Assembly: GCA_018780435.1 (NCBI GenBank)
Contig: JADMJS010000204.1
Location: 9,957-73,956 of the forward strand
Reading direction: 5' to 3'
From: Myxococcales bacterium
GTDB taxonomy: Bacteria; Myxococcota_A; UBA9042; GCA-2863065
Length of the DNA stretch: 64,000 nt
In this document: positions 44,037-52,077 of the stretch, piece after piece
Layout of the letters: each line of letters begins with the position of its first letter
Position numbering within the stretch: position 1 is the first letter of the stretch
The notes under the pieces: model-generated
Told to the model about the DNA's origin: nothing
The model's database searches: none
Seen by the model: only the letters and a program-made list of their open reading frames with translations
Translations under genes and position numbers: made by a program

Positions 44037-45542
44037 ATGATGAAGCGTTGGGTCGTAGCGAGCTCGATTTCGATGGTGTTTGGGTGCGGGAGTGAGTCCT
44101 CGAACGCGGCTCCGGAACCGGACGCCGCCATTGGCGACGCCAGCGCCGATTCGAGTGACGTCGTCGACGGCGAAGGCGGATCGGACGCCACCGATGGCAC
44201 TGACGGCACCGATGGGACCGATGGGACCGATGGCACGGATGGCAGCGACGGAGTAGAGCCCGGGAGCACCATCGAGACGGCATTGCCGATCGCGCTCGAC
44301 GACACCTACTCCGGCTCCCTCGACGATCCCGAGACCTCGGAGGTGTACCTCGCCTTCGAAGGCAAAGCCGGAGACGCCATTCGCGTGAGCGCGTTCGCCA
44401 AACAGGACGAGGCCGACGCATTCACCGAGTCGCGTCTCGACCTCGTCGTGACGGTGCTCGGTGCGGCGGGGGAGCCGATCGCGACCAACGACGATCCGTG
44501 GCCGCTCGACTCAAGCGACCCCGACGTCGTCACCGTGCTCCCCGCCGATGGGACTTACATCGTACTCGTGAGCGACTGCCACTCGGTCTATGACGCGGAG
44601 TCCTGTTCGCCGCTTGACGCGATCACGGACAAGAGCTTCGAGGTAGGCGTGTTTTCACTCGAAGGCGGCACCGTCGAAGGCGCCACTGACCAGGACGGGA
44701 CGACCGCGAACGCGCTCCCAGTCGCCTGGGCGCCGGACGAGGTCGGCACCTACTTCATCCATGACATCGTCGGGACCTTCGCGGCGCCCGAGGACGTCGA
44801 CGTCTACAGTGTGACGATCCCGGCCGACCTCAATGTCCTCTCCGGCAATCGGGCCCACCTCGACGCATGGCTTCAGCCCGTCGGCCTCGGCGAGAGCCTC
44901 TATGGCGGCAATGGCGCGTCGGCGTCGGCGACGGTGTGGCTCACCGATCCCGACGGCGCCGGCGGCATCGCCAAGCTCGACCAGTCGAACTTCAGCGATC
45001 TGGACGTGAGCGATCCTGCGGCGCTCTATGCGCCCGTAACCTCTGGAAAGTCCTACTTTCTACACGTCGCCCGCAGTGCCGGAGACCCCGGAGAGCGCGA
45101 GCACTACGTCTTGAAGCTGGCCGTGGGCAACACCTACGACCTGCCCACTGAGAAGGACGACGTCGCGAACGGCGTGGCGGCCGCCGCCGAAGCGCTCACG
45201 GCGGTCGAAGAAGACTACTACGGGCTGTCGGGCGACCTTGCGCCCGCGGACGGCGACCAAGACTACTTCAGCCTCGCCGTCCCTGCCGGCGAGACCCAAG
45301 TCGAGGTCACATGCGCCGCGGCACGGATCGGCTCGGGCCTTCAGGGATTCACTTTCCAGCTCACCAAGAGCGACGGAACGCTCTTCGCGTCCGCGCCCGA
45401 GTCGGCGACGGAGTCCCCCTACGCAGACGTCGCGGTCCCCTCGGGTGAGACGGCACTGACCCTGCGGCTGAGCGCCAGCGGGCAATCGGCAGACGTGAGC
45501 GGCGCCTACTACGAGTGTGGAGTCTTCTTCTACACACCGTGA
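44037..45542 (+). CDS. lipoprotein with pre-peptidase-C-terminal (PPC)-like domains
   Basis: The lipobox 'SMVFGC' is followed by a (DGT)n linker. There are three PPC-like modules ('DDTYSGSL..PETSEVYLAFEGKAGD', 'EDVDVYSVTIPAD', 'GDQDYFSLAVPAGE'). Confidence 0.75.
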   Translation: MMKRWVVASSISMVFGCGSESSNAAPEPDAAIGDASADSSDVVDGEGGSDATDGTDGTDGTDGTDGTDGSDGVEPGSTIETALPIALDDTYSGSLDDPETSEVYLAFEGKAGDAIRVSAFAKQDEADAFTESRLDLVVTVLGAAGEPIATNDDPWPLDSSDPDVVTVLPADGTYIVLVSDCHSVYDAESCSPLDAITDKSFEVGVFSLEGGTVEGATDQDGTTANALPVAWAPDEVGTYFIHDIVGTFAAPEDVDVYSVTIPADLNVLSGNRAHLDAWLQPVGLGESLYGGNGASASATVWLTDPDGAGGIAKLDQSNFSDLDVSDPAALYAPVTSGKSYFLHVARSAGDPGEREHYVLKLAVGNTYDLPTEKDDVANGVAAAAEALTAVEEDYYGLSGDLAPADGDQDYFSLAVPAGETQVEVTCAAARIGSGLQGFTFQLTKSDGTLFASAPESATESPYADVAVPSGETALTLRLSASGQSADVSGAYYECGVFFYTP

Positions 45543-45547
45543 GGCGG

Positions 45548-46456
45548 TCAATCGCGTCTTGGAACGCCCGTGTCCTCTTCTGCATCCCGACCCTCGACCA
45601 GCGGCCCGACGAAACGGACGAAGGTGTAGCCGCGCGTCACGAGTCGGTTCAGCAGGGTCGGGAGGAGCGCGGCGATGCGGTAGTTCGTGTCGTGCACGAC
45701 CAGGACGCCGTGGCCGAGGCGCTCCCCGGGTCGGCGCGAGAAATCGAGTGATCGCTCGATTCGGGCGAGCACTTCGTCGGCCGTAAGGCCTTGAAATCCT
45801 GGCTCCTTTGGCGCCTTGTCCTTAGCGTCGTCGCTCGTGATGTTCCAATGGAGGTCCACGAGACCGGCGCGGCTGATCTCGAAGAGCACCTCCGAATCCC
45901 AGTGCCCTTCGCCGTAGGGTAGCCGGAACAGCACCGGGTGGATGTCGAGGGTCGCTTCGAGCGCTTCCCGGCCGCGATCCAGCTCGCGCCTGCGGTCTCG
46001 GGAGGTCACGACACCGCGCGTGAACGACGGGTGGGTCGCGCTGTGGGTCCCGATGATGTGACCTTCGGCGAGGAGCCCTTTCAGCTCGGCGATAGCCCAG
46101 CGCGCCTTCGGGCCGCCGACACGCGTCCCAGGGATGAAGAAGTGCCCGTAGACGCCGCACGCAGCCAGTAGCGCGCGGATCTTCGGCGTGGCGCGCTCGT
46201 CCGGGCCGTCATCGAAGGTGAACGCGATGTGGCCCTCGGGGAGGCTGGCGTCCGGGGGAATGGTCCGGTACGGCCGGCCACGGCGCTCGCGCCATTCCAC
46301 GATGGAGGCGATGCGGACATCCACGCGCCGGAATTGATCGGTCTGGCAGACGGCCAGGAGCTCGCGGTCCCGGGTCGAGAGCTCGCGGGTGCGCCCCGGT
46401 GGCGGAGGTGCGACGCCCACAAGGACGGCGGTCAGCCAGGACAGGAGCGGCGTCAC
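45548..46456 (-). CDS. polysaccharide deacetylase (NodB homology domain)
   Basis: Motifs: 'IAFTFDDGPD', 'GHIIGTHSATHPSF' and 'LFRLPYGEG'. Confidence 0.88.
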   Translation of the reverse strand: MTPLLSWLTAVLVGVAPPPPGRTRELSTRDRELLAVCQTDQFRRVDVRIASIVEWRERRGRPYRTIPPDASLPEGHIAFTFDDGPDERATPKIRALLAACGVYGHFFIPGTRVGGPKARWAIAELKGLLAEGHIIGTHSATHPSFTRGVVTSRDRRRELDRGREALEATLDIHPVLFRLPYGEGHWDSEVLFEISRAGLVDLHWNITSDDAKDKAPKEPGFQGLTADEVLARIERSLDFSRRPGERLGHGVLVVHDTNYRIAALLPTLLNRLVTRGYTFVRFVGPLVEGRDAEEDTGVPRRD

Positions 46457-47442
46457 GGCGCCTCCTCGACGTCAGTCAGTTCAGCGGCGGGCACCTCACC
46501 GTGGTCGAGTGATCTCGGCGGCGCGGGCGACGGGCCGTCGTCACCGTACCTCGCTATCGCAGGACCCACGAGGCGCACGAAGGTATACCCCTCGGCGACG
46601 AGATGAGCGACCAGGTGCGGGAGCATGAGGGCCGTCCTGTAGTTGGTGTCGTGCATCGTGAGGACGCCGTGACCAAGACGCTCACCGGGTCGTCGCGAGC
46701 GGTCGAGGGAGCGCAGGATCCACTTCAGGAGCCGCTCCGGGGGGGCGCCCTGGAACCCGGGCTGAGCGCGGTCGGCGTCTCGCGTATCGCCGCTCGACAG
46801 GTTCCAGTGCATGTCGACGAGTCCTTCGTCCCAGATGGCCAGGTGCACCGCCGACTCTTCGTGTCCGTCGCCATAAGGCAATCGAAACAGGGGGATCGGA
46901 GGCTCGAGGACACGCCCGAGGGCCGCGAGACCGCGGGCGACCTCCTTTCGCCGTTGCTTCCGGAACAGCAGCCGCCGGCTGAACGACGGGTGACTGAAGC
47001 TGTGGGTCCCGACGATGTGGCCGTCGGCCGCGAGTCCCAGGACTTCCTCTCGCGCCCACGCGCCACCGGCGCCCATCAGCCGGGAGCCGGGGACGAAGAA
47101 GTGGGCGCGAATCCCACACGCCGCTAGCACGGCGCGGATTCTCGGGGTCGCCCGCGGATCCGGACCGTCGTCGAAGCTGAGCACGACATGCCCCTCGGGC
47201 AGCTGGCCATCGGGAGGGAGCCACAAGAACGACGGACGAGTGGACGGCGATCGAGGAGCGCCGGGCTCCGGAGGCGGCTCTCCCAGCCAGCGCCACACCA
47301 GCTGCTCCGCGAGCGGCACGTCGCGTGTGGCGGCGGGCCCCTCGGCGCAGCGAACGAGCGTCTCAAGGTCGCTCGGGCGGAGGGTGCGTTGGCGGCCAGG
47401 CGGCGCCAAAGCCAATGAGAGTCCGATCAATGTAAGGACCAC
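46453..47442 (-). CDS. polysaccharide deacetylase paralogue
   Basis: Motifs: 'VVLSFDDGPD', 'GHIVGTHSFSHPSF' and 'LFRLPYGDG'. The stop overlaps the downstream paralogue's start by 4 nt. I place the start at the in-frame GTG at 47442 ahead of the hydrophobic 'VVLTLIGLSLALA'. The track extension to 47766 collides with the neighbouring gene. Confidence 0.75.
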   Translation of the reverse strand: MVLTLIGLSLALAPPGRQRTLRPSDLETLVRCAEGPAATRDVPLAEQLVWRWLGEPPPEPGAPRSPSTRPSFLWLPPDGQLPEGHVVLSFDDGPDPRATPRIRAVLAACGIRAHFFVPGSRLMGAGGAWAREEVLGLAADGHIVGTHSFSHPSFSRRLLFRKQRRKEVARGLAALGRVLEPPIPLFRLPYGDGHEESAVHLAIWDEGLVDMHWNLSSGDTRDADRAQPGFQGAPPERLLKWILRSLDRSRRPGERLGHGVLTMHDTNYRTALMLPHLVAHLVAEGYTFVRLVGPAIARYGDDGPSPAPPRSLDHGEVPAAELTDVEEAP

Positions 47443-47582
47443 CCTGAAGTGGTCCCACGCAGCGGGGTCCAGGGCAACTTTACGTATGCTGTTGTGCCGT
47501 TTTCGACTCCGTGGGAGCTGCGGGATTGGCGCGCCCGAGCGCGGCTGTGTATGACGCCATCGCCGCGAAGGAGGCGGCACCC

Positions 47583-48278
47583 ATGGCAATCGAGGTCGTG
47601 GAGACGATCGCCCTGCTCGACGCGGCGCTCCGGGCGGCGGGCGACCCGGAGCGGGCCGCCTCCGAAAAGGACTACCTGAAGAGCGCGCTGTCCTTCTACG
47701 GCGCCGGGATGCCCGCGATTCGTCGAATCGCTCAGCAGTTCGGCCGCCCCGGAGCGCTGGAGCCATCCGAATTGCACGCGCTCTCCGACGCGCTCTGGGC
47801 GACCGGCGTCCACGAGCACCGGGCCCTTGCGGTCGTTCTGCTCGAACGCCACGAGCGGAGCCTTGGCAACGGCGACCTCGGCTGGCTGCTCGCGCTGGTA
47901 CGGAACAGCGAGACCTGGGCGTACGTCGACAGCCTCGCCGTGCACACCATCGGGCCAGTGCTCAGGCGCACGCCCGACGCCGCGAAGTGGCTCCGCGACT
48001 GGGCCCGAGACGCCGACTTCTGGGTACGCCGAACGGCGCTGCTCGCGCCCCTTGAGGACCTGAGACGAGGCCGCGGTGACTTCGCGCTCTGGTCCGAGCT
48101 GGCGGTGCCGATGCTCAGCGAGAAGGAGTTCTTCATCCGAAAGGCGATCGGCTGGGTGCTCCGAGAGTCGGCGCCAATGAGACCGGCCGAGGTGCGAGCG
48201 TTCGTCGAGGAGCACGGCGCGGTGATGGCCGGCCTCACCCGGCGCGAGGCCGAGAAGGGGCTAGCGCGGACGTCCTGA
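47583..48278 (+). CDS. DNA alkylation repair protein (AlkD-like HEAT-repeat family)
   Basis: The pattern 'EKDYLKS...FYGAGMPAIRRIA', 'LWATGVHEHRALAV' and 'FFIRKAIGWVLRE' is typical of the family. The ATG at 47583 is preceded by AAGGAGG. Confidence 0.85.
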   Translation: MAIEVVETIALLDAALRAAGDPERAASEKDYLKSALSFYGAGMPAIRRIAQQFGRPGALEPSELHALSDALWATGVHEHRALAVVLLERHERSLGNGDLGWLLALVRNSETWAYVDSLAVHTIGPVLRRTPDAAKWLRDWARDADFWVRRTALLAPLEDLRRGRGDFALWSELAVPMLSEKEFFIRKAIGWVLRESAPMRPAEVRAFVEEHGAVMAGLTRREAEKGLARTS

Positions 48279-48311
48279 CGCCCCCCTCGTTGCAGAGCTC
48301 GCTGACCGGAG

Positions 48312-48893
48312 CTAGACGTCGTGCTGCAAGGTGCGCTCGATTCGCTGGTCCGGTACCAGCCAGAGGCAAGCGGCGCCGACGTAGACCGCCATCGCCAGCC
48401 AGGGAATCATGAAACTGAGTGTGATTCCGGCGACGTACAGTAGCGGCGAGAGCTTCCCCTTCCAGTCATTGCCGACGGCTTGTCGGAGCACCGATTGTGG
48501 TCCCTGTGAGGCGATGATGGCCTGCTGCAGAATCCAGTACGAGATGGCCGCGGCAAGGAGGACCCCACCGTAGAGCGCCGTGGGGAGCGTCGCGAAGTGA
48601 TTCTCGCCCATCCATCCCGTCGCGAAGGGCAGAAGGGAAAGCCAGAACAACAAGTGGAGGTTGGCCCAGAGCACGCCGCCGCTGACCTTCTTGGCCGCGT
48701 GCAGCATGTGGTGGTGATTGTTCCAATAGATACCGACGTATACGAAGCTCAGCACGTAGCTCAGGAACACCGGAATCAGCGGCGTCAACCCGGAGATCGT
48801 CGGATCGTGCGGCACCTTGAGTTCGAGGACCATGATGGTGATGACGATCGCGAGGACCCCATCACTGAACGCTTCGAGCCTCGACTTCCCCAC
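48312..48893 (-). CDS. TMEM175-family (DUF1211) potassium-channel homologue
   Basis: The signature 'RLEAFSDGVLAIVITIMVLE' sits in the first helix and there are six TM segments. The GTG start at 48893 has GGAGGG 4 nt upstream. The track ORF N-terminus (to 49460) overlaps the DnaJ-like gene region. Confidence 0.85.
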   Translation of the reverse strand: MGKSRLEAFSDGVLAIVITIMVLELKVPHDPTISGLTPLIPVFLSYVLSFVYVGIYWNNHHHMLHAAKKVSGGVLWANLHLLFWLSLLPFATGWMGENHFATLPTALYGGVLLAAAISYWILQQAIIASQGPQSVLRQAVGNDWKGKLSPLLYVAGITLSFMIPWLAMAVYVGAACLWLVPDQRIERTLQHDV

Positions 48894-49074
48894 GCACCCT
48901 CCGATGAAACCACGCCCGTCGGTTCTACGGCGAAACGGCCGGAGGTCAACCACTTGGCCTCGTGTTGGTGATTGGACTCGGAGCTCCCCGAGCCGCGTGA
49001 GGTGGCGAATCCAAATCGAGTTGGTTATGACGTCGTGGCCGTAACATGGGTCGTAAAGACGGGCGCGACGGGAC

Positions 49075-49923
49075 TTATCCCGCGCGACGTACGGGCCGCG
49101 TTCGGACCGCCGGCTGCGGACCACGCGTCGGCGCATCGTGAGTCTGCGCTCGAGCCAACCGAACGTCGACGCGGAGGTTGCCGACGTCGCCGTCGGGCCC
49201 CGTGTGGCCCTTCCCTTCGAATCGAAGGGTCGCGCCGTCGACGACGCTGGGCGGGAATGTGAGAGAGAGCACCGTGGCGGAGGTGGCCTCTTTCTCGCCG
49301 TGGCACATCGCGCAGGCGAGCGTGCCAACGCCGCGACAGGGTACGCACCGAACCTCGCGTGAAACTCGGGCCACGCCACGGCCCTCACAGGTCGCGCACG
49401 GCGCGGCGGGCGTTGCGTCATGGCGGGACGCTGACGCCCGGCGGCGACCTCCGAAGCCAATCGAGCGCCCGCTCTTGCAGTCCCTGCACTTGGCGAGCTG
49501 GCTGCCGACGCTCTTTCCTGTGCCGGCGCAGCGGCCGCAGCCCCTGGGTTCGCGGCCCGCGCAGCTCGTGCAAGGCCGCTTCCGCTTCACGGTCAGTCGT
49601 ACCGTCCCGCCCCGGAGCGCAACCGCCGGGTCGAGGACGACCTGGACGTGCAGGTCGAGTGGCCCAAGTCGACTCACCGGCGCGGTGAACCCCTTCCCGA
49701 GCGCGGCCTCGCCGAAGGTGTCGTAGTCGCGTCGCCGTTCCGCGTCGGAGAGCACGTCGTGTGCCTCCGAGAGCGCCACGAAGCGCTCCTGGGCGCCAGT
49801 GTCGGCCGGGTTTCGGTCGGGATGATAGTCGAACGCCAGGCGTCTATAGGCGGCGCGGATCGCGGTGAGGTCCGCTGATGGTTCGATCCCGAGCGTGGCG
49901 TAGAGGCGAGGCGTGGTGCTCAT
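49075..49923 (-). CDS. DnaJ (J-domain) protein with Cys-rich zinc-finger region
   Basis: Motifs: 'LYATLGIEPSADLTAIRAAYRRLAFDYHPDRN' (contains HPD) and the CxxC clusters 'CTSCAGRE..GCGRCAGTG', 'CRDC', 'CATCEG', 'CVPCRG' and 'CAMCHG'. Confidence 0.85.
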   Translation of the reverse strand: MSTTPRLYATLGIEPSADLTAIRAAYRRLAFDYHPDRNPADTGAQERFVALSEAHDVLSDAERRRDYDTFGEAALGKGFTAPVSRLGPLDLHVQVVLDPAVALRGGTVRLTVKRKRPCTSCAGREPRGCGRCAGTGKSVGSQLAKCRDCKSGRSIGFGGRRRASASRHDATPAAPCATCEGRGVARVSREVRCVPCRGVGTLACAMCHGEKEATSATVLSLTFPPSVVDGATLRFEGKGHTGPDGDVGNLRVDVRLARAQTHDAPTRGPQPAVRTRPVRRAG

Positions 49924-49934
49924 GCGGAGAGCAT

Positions 49935-50123
49935 CTCACAGGACTGAACGCACGTACAGCTTTCATTCGACTGGAGCGGTCCGGCACCCCCATCGGCAGC
50001 CACGACCTCTTCATCGCAGCACACGCGCGTTCGGGTGGACGGACCTTCGTGTCGAACAACCTTCGGGAGCTCTCACGCGTGCCCGGCTTGAAGGTGGTGG
50101 ACTGGCAGGCAGAGCCGGGCTGA
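49935..50123 (+). pseudogene. 3' remnant of a PIN-domain vapC toxin gene
   Basis: 'ARTAFIRLERSGTPIGSHDLFIAAHARSGGRTFVSNNLRELSRVPGLKVVDW' is a typical VapC C-terminal half. The N-terminal ~65 aa of a PIN domain, including the first acidic residues, are absent and there is no antitoxin gene. The upstream space is occupied by the opposite-strand DnaJ-like gene. Confidence 0.7.
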
Positions 50124-50151
50124 GGCCCTCCGCCTCTGCGCCCAACACGCC

Positions 50152-52077
50152 TCACGGCGGCGCCGACACCACGAGCGCCACCGTCTCGTCGAGCACGCGC
50201 GTCGTGGGCGTGCCGTCGGCGGCCGTGAAGCGCAGACCAGCCTGAAATCGGACGTTTACGGTGTCGCCGAGGGCGGCGATGGGGTCGATGACGAGGACCT
50301 TTCGCTGGCGGGAGTCGTTGACGTCGCGCGGGGGAAGGAGGTCCGGGACCGAAATGATCGACTCGGGTATCACGGTCCGCAGCGACACGCCGTCCTCGAG
50401 GCCCACGAGCTCGTAGGCCAGCTCGAGGGTGCCCTTCTTGGTCGCCGTCAGCGTGGGCGACAGCACCGCGAGCGCGTCGGGCGCGACGGCGAACTCCGCG
50501 ACGTCGACGACGCCGTCGTGGTTCACGTCCATGTAGCCGGCTTCGCCGCGGAGCACGCCGTCACGCGGGGTGCCCAAGTAGCCGAGGTTGTTGCCCATTA
50601 GGTCGATTCGGTAACGAAACTGGGCGCCGAGGTCGAGGTAGAGGTCCGTGCCGCCGTAGGTGTGGCCGAGCTCGTGGGCGAAGAGCAGCGGCTGGTCGGC
50701 GACGCGGCTGCCGATGAGGCCGTGCGAGATGGCGACCGCGGTCGAGCCGAGCAGGTTGGCCGTGGGCGTCACCACGATGACCTTGTCGAACTGTTCGAAG
50801 CGGTGTGAGCAGCCCTGGACGCCGAGCCACTCGTCCAGGTCTCGCGCATAGACGTCGAGCGCGCCCTCCGGCTCACTCGCAAAGTCCGCGCTCCGGGCGC
50901 CCGTGAGCACGACCCAGTCGAGCGTCAGTAGGTCGCGGCCGACGCGCGCCTCGGAGACCGCGTCGAACCAGGCTTCGACGCCCGGCAGGTCGAGCGCGGG
51001 CGAGAGCGTGGCGGCGCGATCGGCGCAGACGTCGTCCTGTGGCTGACCTTCCTGGTCGACGAGCACGAGCAACACGCGCTGCCGGCCGGCGGGCACCGAG
51101 TTCGCCCAGCCGAGCGTCGGCACATCGTAGAGACAGCGGCCATCGACGCACGCGCCGCCGAAGCAGTCGTCGTCGGTGCAGCAGAGCACGCCCGGGTAGA
51201 AGACGTCGTCGCAACACTGGGCCGAGACGTAGAAGCCGCCCATCGGGCCAGTGCACTCGCCCGTGGGGCAGAAGGTCGCGGGGAAGTGGCGCGTGCCGCA
51301 GGCGAGGCCCGCATCGGGGCCGTACGCGATGGCGCTATAGGCCGAGACGACGTTCTGGCCCAGGTAGAGTGTGCCGATGCGGTTGTTCCAGGGCTCGACG
51401 GCGTTCGCTCGGAGCGCGCGCAGCGTGACGGTCAGCTCGGTCGTCGAACCCGCGGGCAACGTGAGCGTCACCTCGGGAACGGTGCTCGCGACGAGCTCCC
51501 AGTCGGGCGACCAGTCGCCATAGACGTCGAGCGTGCGCGCCGCGCCGCTGTTCACGCCCGTCAGGACGAGCTCGATGGTGTCGCCAACCGCCGTCTCCGA
51601 GGGGATAGCGGGCGCCGTCCACGTGATGCCGGGCTCGACGCCCTCGATGGTGATGTCTTTCGGCGGTGGATCGCCGGTATAGCAGAGGCCCAGCGAGACC
51701 GTGCCGGCGCAGTGGAGCCCGAAGTCTTGAGGGACACACGCGCCCGCGCAGAGACCGTCCTCGTCGAGGCGCACGCCGCAGGCTTCGTCTTCGTCGCAGG
51801 GCACGGGGTCGGGGCTGGTGTCGACCTCCTCGGTGTCGCTCTCGACGTCGGCCGTGTCGCTCCCGTCGTCCGGGACGACGTCGGGCGGCTCCGACGTCTC
51901 GGCTTCGTCGACGTCGAGGGGCGCCGTGTCCGGCTCGACCGAGGTGTCGGATTCATCAATGTCGGCGGACACATCGGGGCCCTGATCGACCTCGACGCCG
52001 CTCGCGGTGTCGTGAACGGTCGCCGCGTCCGGGCTGCACCCGGCGGCGACCATGGCAGCGACGAAGAGGCGCCTCAT
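50152..52077 (-). CDS. lipoprotein with an HExxH metallopeptidase motif
   Basis: The lipobox 'AAMVAAGC' follows the ATG at 52075-52077 and is followed by an acidic linker. The motif is 'LLFAHELGHTYGGTDLY'. The ATG overlaps the upstream stop (ATGA). Confidence 0.8.
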   Translation of the reverse strand: MRRLFVAAMVAAGCSPDAATVHDTASGVEVDQGPDVSADIDESDTSVEPDTAPLDVDEAETSEPPDVVPDDGSDTADVESDTEEVDTSPDPVPCDEDEACGVRLDEDGLCAGACVPQDFGLHCAGTVSLGLCYTGDPPPKDITIEGVEPGITWTAPAIPSETAVGDTIELVLTGVNSGAARTLDVYGDWSPDWELVASTVPEVTLTLPAGSTTELTVTLRALRANAVEPWNNRIGTLYLGQNVVSAYSAIAYGPDAGLACGTRHFPATFCPTGECTGPMGGFYVSAQCCDDVFYPGVLCCTDDDCFGGACVDGRCLYDVPTLGWANSVPAGRQRVLLVLVDQEGQPQDDVCADRAATLSPALDLPGVEAWFDAVSEARVGRDLLTLDWVVLTGARSADFASEPEGALDVYARDLDEWLGVQGCSHRFEQFDKVIVVTPTANLLGSTAVAISHGLIGSRVADQPLLFAHELGHTYGGTDLYLDLGAQFRYRIDLMGNNLGYLGTPRDGVLRGEAGYMDVNHDGVVDVAEFAVAPDALAVLSPTLTATKKGTLELAYELVGLEDGVSLRTVIPESIISVPDLLPPRDVNDSRQRKVLVIDPIAALGDTVNVRFQAGLRFTAADGTPTTRVLDETVALVVSAPP

